Shown here piece after piece: positions 9,823 to 19,888 of a DNA stretch of 64,000 nucleotides (position 1 is its first letter; each line of letters begins with the position of its first letter). The notes under the pieces were generated by a model, which made no database searches, was not told the origin of the DNA, and saw nothing but the letters and a program-made list of their open reading frames with translations. Position numbers and translations under genes: made by a program. Source of the stretch: an uncultured cyanobacterium (GTDB lineage Bacteria; Cyanobacteriota; Cyanobacteriia; Cyanobacteriales; CAWUOF01); contig CAVUSO010000001.1 in assembly GCA_963744145.1 (NCBI GenBank), forward strand, positions 2,720,001-2,784,000. The letters are read 5' to 3'.

Positions 9823-10500
9823 TTAAAAGTTGTTAATAATTACGGGTGGACTTGAGCGCGTAGCTGGATAGTTTGGATAAACAGGTTGCTGATAATTTGG
9901 CTGTGGATAGTTTGGATAAATTGGTTGTTGATAATTTGGCTGTGGATAGTTTGGATAAACAGGTTGTTGATAATTTGGCTGTGGATAGTTTGGATAAATT
10001 GGTTGCTGATAATTTGGCTGTGGATAGTTTGGATAAATTGGTTGCTGATAATTTGGCTGTGGATAGTTTGGATAAATTGGTTGCTGATAATTTGGCTGTG
10101 GATAATTTGGATAAATTGGTTGTTGGTAATTCTGCGGTGGATAATTTTGATATGCGGGTTGCTGCTCATTTTGTGGTGGATAGTTTGGAGATGTGGGTTG
10201 CTGATACGTTGGTGTTGGAGTGTTTGGATATGTTGGTTGTGCATTATCGATAGGAGAAGCACCTGGAGATCCAGCTAGATTATTGGTAGGATTGATGAAT
10301 GGTTGATTAGCTGGTAATCCTTGAATAATAAAACCAGGAAATATCCCCTGTAAAGCACTACGTCCGAGCGAATCGAGGAGCGGTTTAAGAGGTATGGCTA
10401 AAGAACTTTGGGCGCTAAAAATAACTATGGGAATGGATATTACCATTCCTCCTGCTATTTGAACAAATCCCTTTGGAAATAGATTAGTTTGAATAATCAT
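9823..10500 (-). CDS. putative secreted P/Q/N/Y-rich repeat protein
   Basis: Signal-peptide-like N-terminus ending SSLA; about 7 tandem 13-aa units PNYPQPNYQQPIY. Confidence 0.75.
   Translation of the reverse strand: MIIQTNLFPKGFVQIAGGMVISIPIVIFSAQSSLAIPLKPLLDSLGRSALQGIFPGFIIQGLPANQPFINPTNNLAGSPGASPIDNAQPTYPNTPTPTYQQPTSPNYPPQNEQQPAYQNYPPQNYQQPIYPNYPQPNYQQPIYPNYPQPNYQQPIYPNYPQPNYQQPIYPNYPQPNYQQPVYPNYPQPNYQQPIYPNYPQPNYQQPVYPNYPATRSSPPVIINNF
9865..10150 (-). repeat. 39-bp tandem repeat
   Basis: TGGATAGTTTGGATAAATTGGTTGCTGATAATTTGGCTG repeated on + strand. Confidence 0.9.
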
Positions 10501-10622
10501 GTTTTTACTCTTTTTTTAGGTCAAAACTTTAGAACAAGAGAGGCGATCGCGATTTCGAGAAAAAGTGCGATCGCCAAACTCTAACTAAAAAGAATCAGTC
10601 AAGAGATGAACAGCACCTTTAA

Positions 10623-11375
10623 CTAAGGCATAGGTTTAGAGTTGGGTGGATTTCCGTATATATAGGCACTGGGAACCCAAAAGTTTGTTCCAGCGATGTG
10701 AAACCACCGTGCATCTGGTGTTCCTAGTTGTAAATCAGTGACTGTTTCGCTATATTCCCAACCATCAAAAGAAAGCGTTTGACGATAACCCACATTTTGG
10801 TTACTTCTGTCCGCTAGATGAGGAGAGTTACGGAGATTAACTCCTACAGTTGACATAACCCATCCAGAAAAAGGAACTCTAATAAAGGGTGGAGTAGGTG
10901 TAGGTGGATTGTTACCTTTCACCCAAAACGAAACGTCGGAACGACCATTAACACTGGTGCCAAATCCAATTACGCTAACATCAGTACAGTTATATTCAGT
11001 AAATTGGGCACTACTACGTTGATTAGCTGCTCGTACAGTTATTTTCCCATTAGACTGAATGCTTTCTACTACCCCAACATGACCATAAGTTGTGTCTGCT
11101 CCTGGGAAGCTTGGTTGCATCACTACGATCGCACCGGCTTGGGGACCAACTTGTTTAAATCCATTGCGAGCTAATACTGGTCCTACATCTTTAGCATTAG
11201 CTGGAATACTGATGTTATAGCGATTGGCAATATATGCTACACACTGGCAATATCCAGCAGCGACAGCAGGTTTAGGGGATAATAAAGAAGCAACAGCTAA
11301 AGTACCACTTGTGGCTAATAAACTTGACATAAATAGAGAAACTAATGATTTGGAAGAACGTGATTTCATGATCAA
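10623..11375 (-). CDS. secreted CHAP-domain peptidoglycan hydrolase with C-terminal SH3-like cell-wall-binding domain
   Basis: Signal peptide; CQCVAY catalytic Cys, YGHVGVVE His, AAN; C-terminal VNLRNSP...FDGW...DARWF...WVPSAYI. Confidence 0.8.
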   Translation of the reverse strand: MIMKSRSSKSLVSLFMSSLLATSGTLAVASLLSPKPAVAAGYCQCVAYIANRYNISIPANAKDVGPVLARNGFKQVGPQAGAIVVMQPSFPGADTTYGHVGVVESIQSNGKITVRAANQRSSAQFTEYNCTDVSVIGFGTSVNGRSDVSFWVKGNNPPTPTPPFIRVPFSGWVMSTVGVNLRNSPHLADRSNQNVGYRQTLSFDGWEYSETVTDLQLGTPDARWFHIAGTNFWVPSAYIYGNPPNSKPMP

Positions 11376-11477
11376 TACCTCTTTACTTGGTTGAAAATTG
11401 AGCGGATAACTTATCTACATATCTCTGAGTGATGGCATCCTCTTCTTTCCTAGAAATAGAAGAGAAATCACCTGGAG

Positions 11478-11495
11478 ATTTAGCAACATCAATTT
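11478..11495. promoter_or_regulatory. 18-bp motif, copy 2 (divergent CHAP/NLR intergenic region)
   Basis: ATTTAGCAACATCAATTT identical to 9717-9734; function inferred. Confidence 0.45.
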
Positions 11496-14400
11496 GCTGC
11501 TTTCCCATCAACAATTTCATTCTCGAACTAGGGTGAAAGACTTCTTGCTAGAGAAATGATTGGGATTGTCAAAGATGTGGTAAATTTGTGTAAGACTTGT
11601 GATCAATACTCCAAATGTTTTGTAGATAAAGGTGTTTGCTTTTTGTCTTGGTTTGATTTCCTTGACACCATCAATCAAATCACCACTACCAAATCGTTGG
11701 GACCTATTTAACGGAGTCAAGTAAAGTTCGTGGGTAATAATCCTGAACCCTATGTCACAATTAGATTTGGCGATTCACTAACCAAAGCCGAACTTAGCGC
11801 GATCGCCCTTAATATCGTTAAAATCGTCTTTTTCAGTTAGGACTATGGGAACACAAAGAAAACGGGGCTATGTGCTGACGGAGATTGGTGAGCAAAAAGT
11901 CATTGCTGCTCTCACTAAACAAGAAGTGAAACCACGTAATCGCGCTAGTTGGCTCAAAGAGGAAACTGACAAGATTGGTGAGTCTCTAGACGACGATACA
12001 ATCCGCAAGATTTTAAAAAGACAGAGTGCTGAAGAAAGCTCAATTCAGTCTGTTTTTAAGGCGTTGAAATTATCATATAAGCGTGATTTAGATAGCGTCC
12101 TAGCTTCAACAGATATAAGTAGTACAAAAAGTGAAATTTCCGAAAAATGTCCCTATCGAGGTTTATTTGCTTTTGGAAAGGATGATGCTTCCTTTTTCTT
12201 TGGTCGTAAAAGTTTTATTCAGACTTTAGTAAATGCAGTACAAGAAAAGCCCTTAGTGACAGTTGTTGGGAATTCGGGAATTGGTAAGTCTTCGGTAATT
12301 TTTGCCGGACTTATTCCTACATTAGAGGAATTGGGAACATGGAAGATAGTGACTTTTCGACCTACTAATAATCCTTTCTATGGACTGGCTAAGGCATTAC
12401 TCGAATTATTTCAGCCAGAGGTGGATGTGGTCGAAAGAATGACAAAAATTAAAAAATGTGCGGATAATCTTAAAAAAGAGGATGTAACTTTAAAAGATTT
12501 TTTAGAATATCAATTACCAGAAATTTCTTCGACCCAGCGATTTTTAATAGTCATTGATCAATTTGAAGAGCTTTATACACTTTCTTTAGAAGATGAAAGA
12601 AATATTTTTCTAGCTCAATTATTAGAAGTAATCGAGCTAGAAAGTAAAAAACGAACACCTGATGTGATTTTAGTTATTACCTTAAGAGCAGATTTTTATG
12701 GATACGCTCTAGCTCATCCAGGTTTAGGTAAAGCATTGCAAACATGGAAACCTGAAAATTTGCTAAAGATGAATCTCGACGAGTTAAAAGAAGCAATTGA
12801 AAAACCCGCAGCATTAGTGAAATTGAAGATTCAAGATGGACTAACCCAAGTTATATTAAATGCGATCAAGAACAATCAGGGTGAATTACCATTATTAGAA
12901 TTTACCTTAGAAAAACTCTGGGAAAAGCGTAATGGTCAATTAACTATTTCTGCATATAATGAAATTGGCGGAGTGGAGAAAGCTTTAGCTAATCATGCTG
13001 AGGAAGTTTACAACAAGTTAGACGAAAATGAGCAGAAGCAATCCCAATATATTTTTACTCAATTGGTACGTTTTGGAGAAAATACCGATGATACTCGTCG
13101 TCTAGCTACCTGTGATGAAATTGGCTCAGAAAACTGGCAGTTAGTTACTAAATTAGCTAGTTCAGAACGCCATCTAAACGCTCGTTTAGTAATTACAGGT
13201 TACGATGAATCTAAAAAACAACCGACTGTTGAGGTAGTTCATGAAGCTTTAATTAGGGGATGGGAGCGTTTGCGGAAGTGGATGGAGGAGGATCGGGAGT
13301 TTCGGAAATGGCAAGATCGGTTACGCACTGAAAAAGATATCTGGGAAAATAGTGGTAAAGATAATGGTGCTTTGCTACGAGGTGCGTTACTGGTAGAAGC
13401 TGAAGAATGGTTGAAAAAACGAAGCGAAAGTATTACTAACCAAAAAGAAAGAGAATTTATTCTAGTCAGTCGTCATTATCAAGAGCAAGAAGATGTTGAA
13501 CGAATTAAAGATTTATTGAATTTATCAGAAAAGGAATTACAGTTAAAACAACAGTTAAGCTCCTTGGTAATTGCTGTTAAAGCAGGTATCAAGTTACGCA
13601 ATATTTATGAACCTTCAGAAGAATTAAAGAGAAATATTGTAGAAAGATTACAGCAAGGACTCTATGAAATTAGCGAGCAAAATCAATTTGTGGGTCATAA
13701 CAATGGAATAGATGGTGTTGCATTCAGTCCAGATGGTTTAATGATCGCTTCAGCCAGTGATGATAAAACTATTAAACTTTGGGACTTAGACGGTAAACTT
13801 TTAAGAACTTTTGATGGACATACTGGTGAAGTATGGGGAGTAAATTTTAGCCCCGATGGTCAAATAATTGCTTCAGGTAGTGTTGATAAAACGGTGAGAT
13901 TATGGAGTCTTAATGGGACGCTGTTGAAAATACTAAAAGGACATACTCATGCAGTTTTGGAAGTAAGTTTTAGCCCCGATAGTCAAATAATTGCTTCGTG
14001 TAGCGAGGACAGAACAGTGAGATTATGGAATCTCGATGGGACGCTGTTGAAAATACTAGAAGAAGATACTCATGTAGTACGTAGAGTAAGTTTTAGCCCC
14101 GATGGTCAAAGGATTGCTTCGTGTAGCGAGGACAGAACAGTGAGATTATGGAATCTCGATGGGACCCTCTTGAGAACCCTAGAAGGACATACGGATTACG
14201 TCTATGCAATAAATTTTAGCCCTGATGGTCAAAGGATTGCATCAAGTAGTGCTGACAAAACCGTGAAATTATGGAGTCTCGATGGGACTCTCTTGAAAAC
14301 ATTAGAAGGACATACTGATCGGGTCTATGGAGTAAGTTTTAGCCCCGATGGTCAAATAATTGCTTCTGCTAGTTTTGACAAAACCATAAGATTATGGAGT

Positions 14401-14727
14401 CTTGATGGGGCGCTCTTGAGAACTCTAGAAGGACATAAGCATCGGGTCTATGGAGTAAGTTTTAGCCCCGATGGTCAAATAATTGCATCAAGTAGTGCTG
14501 ACAAAACCATAAGATTATGGAGCAGCAATTCTCATTTTGAAAAAAATCAGAGAAAATTCTCTTATTTAAATAGAGAACTTGTGTCGAAGCATGATTTTTT
14601 GACAGATAATTATCATCCGACGCTGAAGATAGACAAGTTTTCAGAAATTTGTCCATGAAAAATCGATTTCAACTGATACATCCAGATGAAATTCTCACCC
14701 ATTTTTTAGGTTTTTTTTGATAAAAAA

Positions 14728-14929
14728 GTACGGGCGTATTGCAATACGCCCCTACCCTTCCTCTTTCAATATATTGATATTTTTCAACTAGAATTTAGTT
14801 TTTTTAATGGGACATTCTCGGTGAGAATAAATGAGAATAAATCTGACCAATTTTTGAACCATAAATATTTTAATAAGGTCCGAATATCCTTAAAGAAAGT
14901 AGTAGGGGCGTATGGCAATACGCCCGTAC
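14728..14929. repeat. inverted pair of 28-bp REP hairpins (14728-14755, 14902-14929)
   Basis: GTACGGGCGTATTGCAATACGCCCCTAC and GTAGGGGCGTATGGCAATACGCCCGTAC; family copy at 34007-34034. Confidence 0.85.
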
Positions 14930-16135
14930 TAATAGGTCACGAACTTTTTGATAGATGTAATTAACTAAATCCAAAACAGTATGAAATAAAAAAGCTAGTA
15001 AATTCAAAGACAATAATAACTCGCACAAATGATTTTCACCATGACCAAAGTTATGCTCTAAATTATAACCGTGATTTTTAAGAACGTTATTACTTTCATT
15101 CTCAACTTTCCATCTGCTGCGCCCAGCTTTGACAATTTCTTCAATATTATTTTCAGTGATTTTATGATTAGTGATCCAATTATTTTGGTAGATAATTTTC
15201 TGTGTTTCCTCATTAATAACAGTCACTTCGTACCAATTAACTTCGAGACTTGATTCTTCATCTTTTAAGGGAACTCTATTAGCATAGCGATAACGATACA
15301 GGAGATTTTTTCGCCCATCCCATTGGGGCTTTTTAATGGTAGTAACTTCTCCACTTTTTTCTAAAAACTCTAGCCATTCATATAAAGTTTTATGCGAAGT
15401 TTCTCGACCAACAAAAATAAAATTATATCCTTGTTTTAGAGCTAATTCACAAATAGGTTGGTGGGCATATAAGTCATCCCCTAAAAGGGTTACAGGATAA
15501 CCATATTTATTTTGATGATTCTTATTCAACCATCTTTTAACCGCCGCATTTTCACAATCTTGTTTTTGATGACCATCCAGGTTTTTAATAAATTCTGGCG
15601 CTAAACTAATCACTTGGTTTTGATTAGGAGAAACTACAATAGGTGTAACACAGCTATGAAAATAAGTGGTAGTTCCATTGCGATGATTACGACGGTTACA
15701 ATGAGGACAATTTATTTTCTGTGATGAAAAATATTCGGTGCCATCTAAAGCCATTAAAATTTCTTCATCTAAGTAGAGAAACTTTTTCAAAACTCCGTTT
15801 TTATTTAACCATTCATAGACTTCTTGAAAAGCCATAAATATAGTAGCTGCTGGCACCGGATCTAACAAATTTCTGATTTGATTATCACAGGGAATTTTCT
15901 TAATTGAAAATAAACTTTCTGCGTTATCTTTTCCTTTATTGCTTTTCATTAACCGCTGATGGTCTAAAAAAGATGCTGACTGAGTAAAAAAGATTGAAAA
16001 TGCAGCCATCACTGCATCTTCTACCTGGTATTTCGTATTATTTCCAGGTTTCCTTTCATCAGGTAAGTCATGTAATTGTTGACGTAAAAATTCGATTAAT
16101 TCAGGGATTTCTAGGGTCGCTGCTTTTTGAGCCAT
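14784..16135 (-). pseudogene. DDE transposase, frameshifted near C-terminus by a REP hairpin
   Basis: MALDGTEYF, KQDCE, GDDLY, RSRWKVENE motifs; native tail TFFKDIRTLLKYLWF...KKLNSS* lies in another frame ending at 14784. Confidence 0.8.
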
Positions 16136-17574
16136 GTTTGAGTAATTTAACGTGCTGTCAGATTTTTAACTCACCGATTATACCTCATCTGATCACAATT
16201 ATAAATTTTTATTTTCCTTGAATTCCCTATTCTAAAAACCGAACTATCAAACTGGATTTCCCTCGTTCGTTGTCAGGCCATCCTCGATTCTATTGAGTAT
16301 TTATACTTAGATATTGACCCAATTGTTTTTTAGCCATTGCCTCTGCCTGAAAAACTGGTTATTTTGTACTATATTTTCAATTCCCAAATCGGGATTAATA
16401 CTCTATTTTTTTTAAAATGAGAATTGCTGATTATGGAGTCTTGACGAGACCCTCGTGAGAACTCTAGAAGGACATAAGGATCAGGTCTATATAGTAAGTT
16501 TTAATCCCAATGGTCAGATAATTGTTTCTGCTAGTCTTGACAGAACAGTGAGATTATGGAATCTCAATGGTACACTTTTGAAAACATTAGAAGGACATAC
16601 TGATCGGGTCTATGGAGTAAGTTTTAGCCCTGATGGTCAAATAATTGCTTCTGCTAGTGCTGACAAAACCTTGAAATTATGGAGCATTGATGGGACGCTC
16701 CTGAGAACCTTAGAAGGACATACTTATCATGTCTATGGAGTAAGTTTTAGCCCCAATGGTCAAATACTTGTATCAAGTAGTAGTGACAGAACGGTGAAAT
16801 TATGGAGTCTTGATGGGACACTTTTGAGAACGTTAGAAGGACATACTGATCCGATCTATGGAGTAAGCTTTAGCCCCGATGGTCAAATGATTGCTTCTGC
16901 TAGTTTTGACAAAACCATGAAATTATGGAGTCTCAATGGGACACTTTTGAGAACTATAGAAGGGCATACTAATTCGGTCTATGGAGTAAGTTTTAGCCCT
17001 AATGGTCAAATGATTGCTTCTGCTAGTAATGACAAAACTGTGAAATTATGGAATCTTAATGGAAAACTGTTGAGAACATTAGAAGGACATGATGAACCTG
17101 TCTGGGGGGTAAGTTTTAGTCCTGATAGTCAAATGATTGCTTCTGCTAGTAATGACAAAACAATAAAATTATGGCATATCGATGGGAAACTGTTGAAAAC
17201 TTTAGAAGGACATACTGATCAGGTCTGGGGAGTGAGCTTTAGTCCTGATGGTCAAACGATCGCTTCCGGTAGTGATGATAAAACAGTAAGATTATGGCGG
17301 ATCGAGCCTGAAGATTTAATCTTAGACTTAGATGTTAAACTGAATACCTTACTCAAAAAAGGTTGTAATTGGATTAGGAATTATCTCAAAACTAATCCGA
17401 ATGTGAGCGAAAGCGATCGACTTCTCTGTGATGATATTTGCTCTTCTTAATAAACACATTAAAGAAAACTAACTAACTGATTCAACAGAAATTGTTTCTG
17501 CTATTGATTATTTTATCCATCTCTAGAGCGCCAGTCCAGTAGAAAGTATTGACAAAAAAACGAAATATTTGTTA

Positions 17575-17866
17575 TGTAGGGGCGAAGCATGAGGGCGATC
17601 AATGATTGCACTTATCAACAGTTTTTTTCCCTCATGCTTCGCCCTGCCCGCTATGCCTCAAACAATTATCATTTATGGACGCAGCAGCAGTAGAAGAAGG
17701 GCAAAGCATTCCGGTCATAAAAGGGCAAAGCATTCCGGTCATAAATAATACGGTTCAGTTACCATCTTTTTTTTTGGGATATCTCGGCGAAGAAGGGCGA
17801 AGTATTCGGATATAATATTACTGGTTTCATTGTTCAATTGTCGCCCGAATGCGAAAGCCCCTACAT
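17575..17866. repeat. cluster of REP hairpins and a MITE-like element
   Basis: GGGCGAAGCATGAGGG...CCCTCATGCTTCGCCC; duplicated AAGGGCAAAGCATTCCGGTCATAAA; 17746-17866 is a reverse copy of the 36472-36604 element. Confidence 0.75.
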
Positions 17867-17985
17867 AGCTTTGGGTTTGAGAAACATCTACTGTGCGGCG
17901 ATCGCTCGTCAAATTCTGAACACTAATTGTTACTATTTGGTGAAAAGCATGGTAACTCAAGCAACCCAGATTCGCTGTTATCACT

Positions 17986-18390
17986 TTACCAAATTACTGA
18001 AGAATAGAAACTAGCTATTTTTCGATCTGCGGTAATAATAGCAGCTTGATTCTTTTTGGCAATTGCCACAACTACTCTATCTGCTGGATCTCTGTGTTCC
18101 CATTCTAGTTTGACACTTTCTAGCCAGATTTCCTCATCGATTGCAACAATACGGATAACATCAGACTTTTTTAGAGTAGCCAGATAGTAATCAATATCTA
18201 CTCCTAAATCTAATTTATGGTTTTTAATCTTGATCGCTATTTCCCAGACAGCTATTGATGGTACTAACCCATTTTTTTCCTGTTCCATGATATGACAAGC
18301 TTCCTTTGCTTTTTGAGAAAGTTTGTCTGGATCTAAACTCCACCAGACTAAAGCGCAGGTGTCAAGAACAATTTTTATACTTTTTGCCAT
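17986..18390 (-). CDS. vapC: VapC-family PIN-domain toxin
   Basis: IVLDTCALVWW, SIAVWEIAIK, HRDPADRVVVA, IITAD. Confidence 0.88.
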   Translation of the reverse strand: MAKSIKIVLDTCALVWWSLDPDKLSQKAKEACHIMEQEKNGLVPSIAVWEIAIKIKNHKLDLGVDIDYYLATLKKSDVIRIVAIDEEIWLESVKLEWEHRDPADRVVVAIAKKNQAAIITADRKIASFYSSVIW

Positions 18391-18605
18391 TCTTCAGTAG
18401 TTGGGGTAGTTAAATCTTCAAAATACGTCACTTTTCCTCGGATATTTTTAAATAATTCGACTGTTGTCTGGTGACATTCATACTGAGAAATTATCGCCAC
18501 TGGTTTACTACCATCAGTAACTAAAATTTCTTCCCCTTCTAATTCAACAAGTTGCAGAAATTCTAGTAGATTAGCTTTTAATTGATTTTTGTCAACGGTT
18601 TTCAT
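18375..18605 (-). CDS. Phd/YefM-family antitoxin
   Basis: LKANLLEFLQLVE..GEEILVTD..KPVA; overlaps vapC start. Confidence 0.85.
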   Translation of the reverse strand: MKTVDKNQLKANLLEFLQLVELEGEEILVTDGSKPVAIISQYECHQTTVELFKNIRGKVTYFEDLTTPTTEEWQKV

Positions 18606-18982
18606 AGATATTTATAGTTTTTTTTCGCTTGGGGACTAATTTTTAGACGAAAAGGCTAATATTTTTATTCGTCAGCCAGATATCAGCTATATTTTAACAT
18701 TAAACCTAGCTCTAGTTCAACCACTTACCCCCAAAAATATCAGTCTTATTCTGTCCAGTCCTACTAGAAGCGATCGCCCGTCAAATCCTGAACACTAATT
18801 GTTACTATTTGGTGCAGCGCGATCGCCTGCGAGACTATAATCATAATAGTAATATAATAGAGCCAAGATATTAGCGAGGTTTTTCAATGATGAGTACCCA
18901 AGCTGAACAAAGAAAACCTCTGGCTGGCTTGTGCGATCGCACTTTCTGAGTCAAATCCTAAACTCCGATGAAGATGCGATCG

Positions 18983-19888
18983 CTATTTACTCAAACGTCT
19001 TGTCAGTTCTTGAAATAGTTTTTCTTGCATCAAGTAGTCTACAGTCAAACAACATACCAAAGCTCCAAATGCTATATCTGGATCAGTAAAACCTTTTTTA
19101 TTCCTTGGAACATAATCATCAATATACCAGCAAAGAATCTGAATAAAATCATGACCCCGGATCTTGTTTCTAATTTCTAATAAATTTTTTCGTCGTAGTT
19201 CTTCAACTCTATCTAAAAAAGAAATCTGATCGGAAATTCGCTTATTCTTCTGAAGATATTTATTAACAAAGTGATGTGAATCAAATTTCAGATGACCACT
19301 TTCTTGTTTAAATGAGCGTTTGAATGACTTTGATTCTAACCACTCCATTCCATAACCCAAAGATTCGTTAGCTGCTCTAAGTAAAAATATTTCTTCAAGA
19401 ATAGGAGCAATATTTTTCAGGATATTAACAGCTTTTAAATTATCTATATTTAACGCTAAATTGAAAAACTTTTGAATAATATTATGATCAAAAAGATACA
19501 TTTCAATTGATGTATAATCAGTAAATAGTAAAAGTTCAGATTCTATATTTGAGCTTCCTATTATGTCATCAAAATCTTTATCAACAATACAAGTAACGTG
19601 AGGATATCCTACTTCAAAAATGCCTTGCAGTTTAAAAGCTAAAAAAATCACTCGACTACGATTACCGTCATTTAAGTTTAGCTTAGAAAGCTCATCTTGA
19701 GGTATGTCTACAGTATCTATTTCATAGATAGTAAAGTTTTCTATATCTAAATTCGACTCATTCAAAAACCATTGAATGATAGACTTGTCTGTTGATCCTT
19801 CAACATATATATCATATAGACTAGGTTCAAGCTCATAACGAGCAACTAACTCATCTAATTTACGGCGTTTCTCATCTTCCATTTTCAA
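18983..19888 (-). CDS. DUF4435/TOPRIM-like nuclease (AriB-like)
   Basis: IYVEGSTD, IVDKDFD, SIEMY, RGHD motifs; overlaps the ATPase gene. Confidence 0.7.
   Translation of the reverse strand: MKMEDEKRRKLDELVARYELEPSLYDIYVEGSTDKSIIQWFLNESNLDIENFTIYEIDTVDIPQDELSKLNLNDGNRSRVIFLAFKLQGIFEVGYPHVTCIVDKDFDDIIGSSNIESELLLFTDYTSIEMYLFDHNIIQKFFNLALNIDNLKAVNILKNIAPILEEIFLLRAANESLGYGMEWLESKSFKRSFKQESGHLKFDSHHFVNKYLQKNKRISDQISFLDRVEELRRKNLLEIRNKIRGHDFIQILCWYIDDYVPRNKKGFTDPDIAFGALVCCLTVDYLMQEKLFQELTRRLSK

Larger units (their letters stand above)
14523..16429 (-). mobile_element. 1907-bp insertion sequence (ISNCY/ISAs1-like DDE)
   Basis: Terminal IRs CAGCAATTCTCATTTT / AAAATGAGAATTGCTG; 9-bp TSD ATTATGGAG at 14514-14522 and 16430-16438. 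Confidence 0.92.
11845..17450 (+). pseudogene. NLR-like protein: N-terminal HTH-like domain, nSTAND-type ATPase, 14 WD40 repeats; interrupted by IS (ORFs 11845-14658 and 16455-17450)
   Basis: CPYRGLFAF, GNSGIGKSS Walker A, IDQFEELY Walker B, LPLLEFTL, VVHEALI; removing IS plus one TSD restores an in-frame 1229-aa ORF (IRLWS|LDETLVRTLEGH). Confidence 0.88.

Noticed and set aside
8632..10150. Tandem repeats (42 bp and 39 bp) as possible CRISPR arrays
   Set aside because: Repeats are contiguous, in-frame and coding, with no unique spacers or cas genes
9840..10278. Three extra ORFs over the 39-bp repeat (9840-10262 -, 9873-10253 +, 9886-10278 +)
   Set aside because: Stop-free shadow frames of a tandem repeat; only 9823-10500 has a non-repeat N-terminus with a signal peptide
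11517..11720. 67-aa TTG-start ORF in the divergent promoter region
   Set aside because: No RBS or recognisable motif; more likely regulatory DNA
17606..17984. Two short ORFs (69 and 81 aa)
   Set aside because: Lie over REP/MITE cluster; no protein-like features
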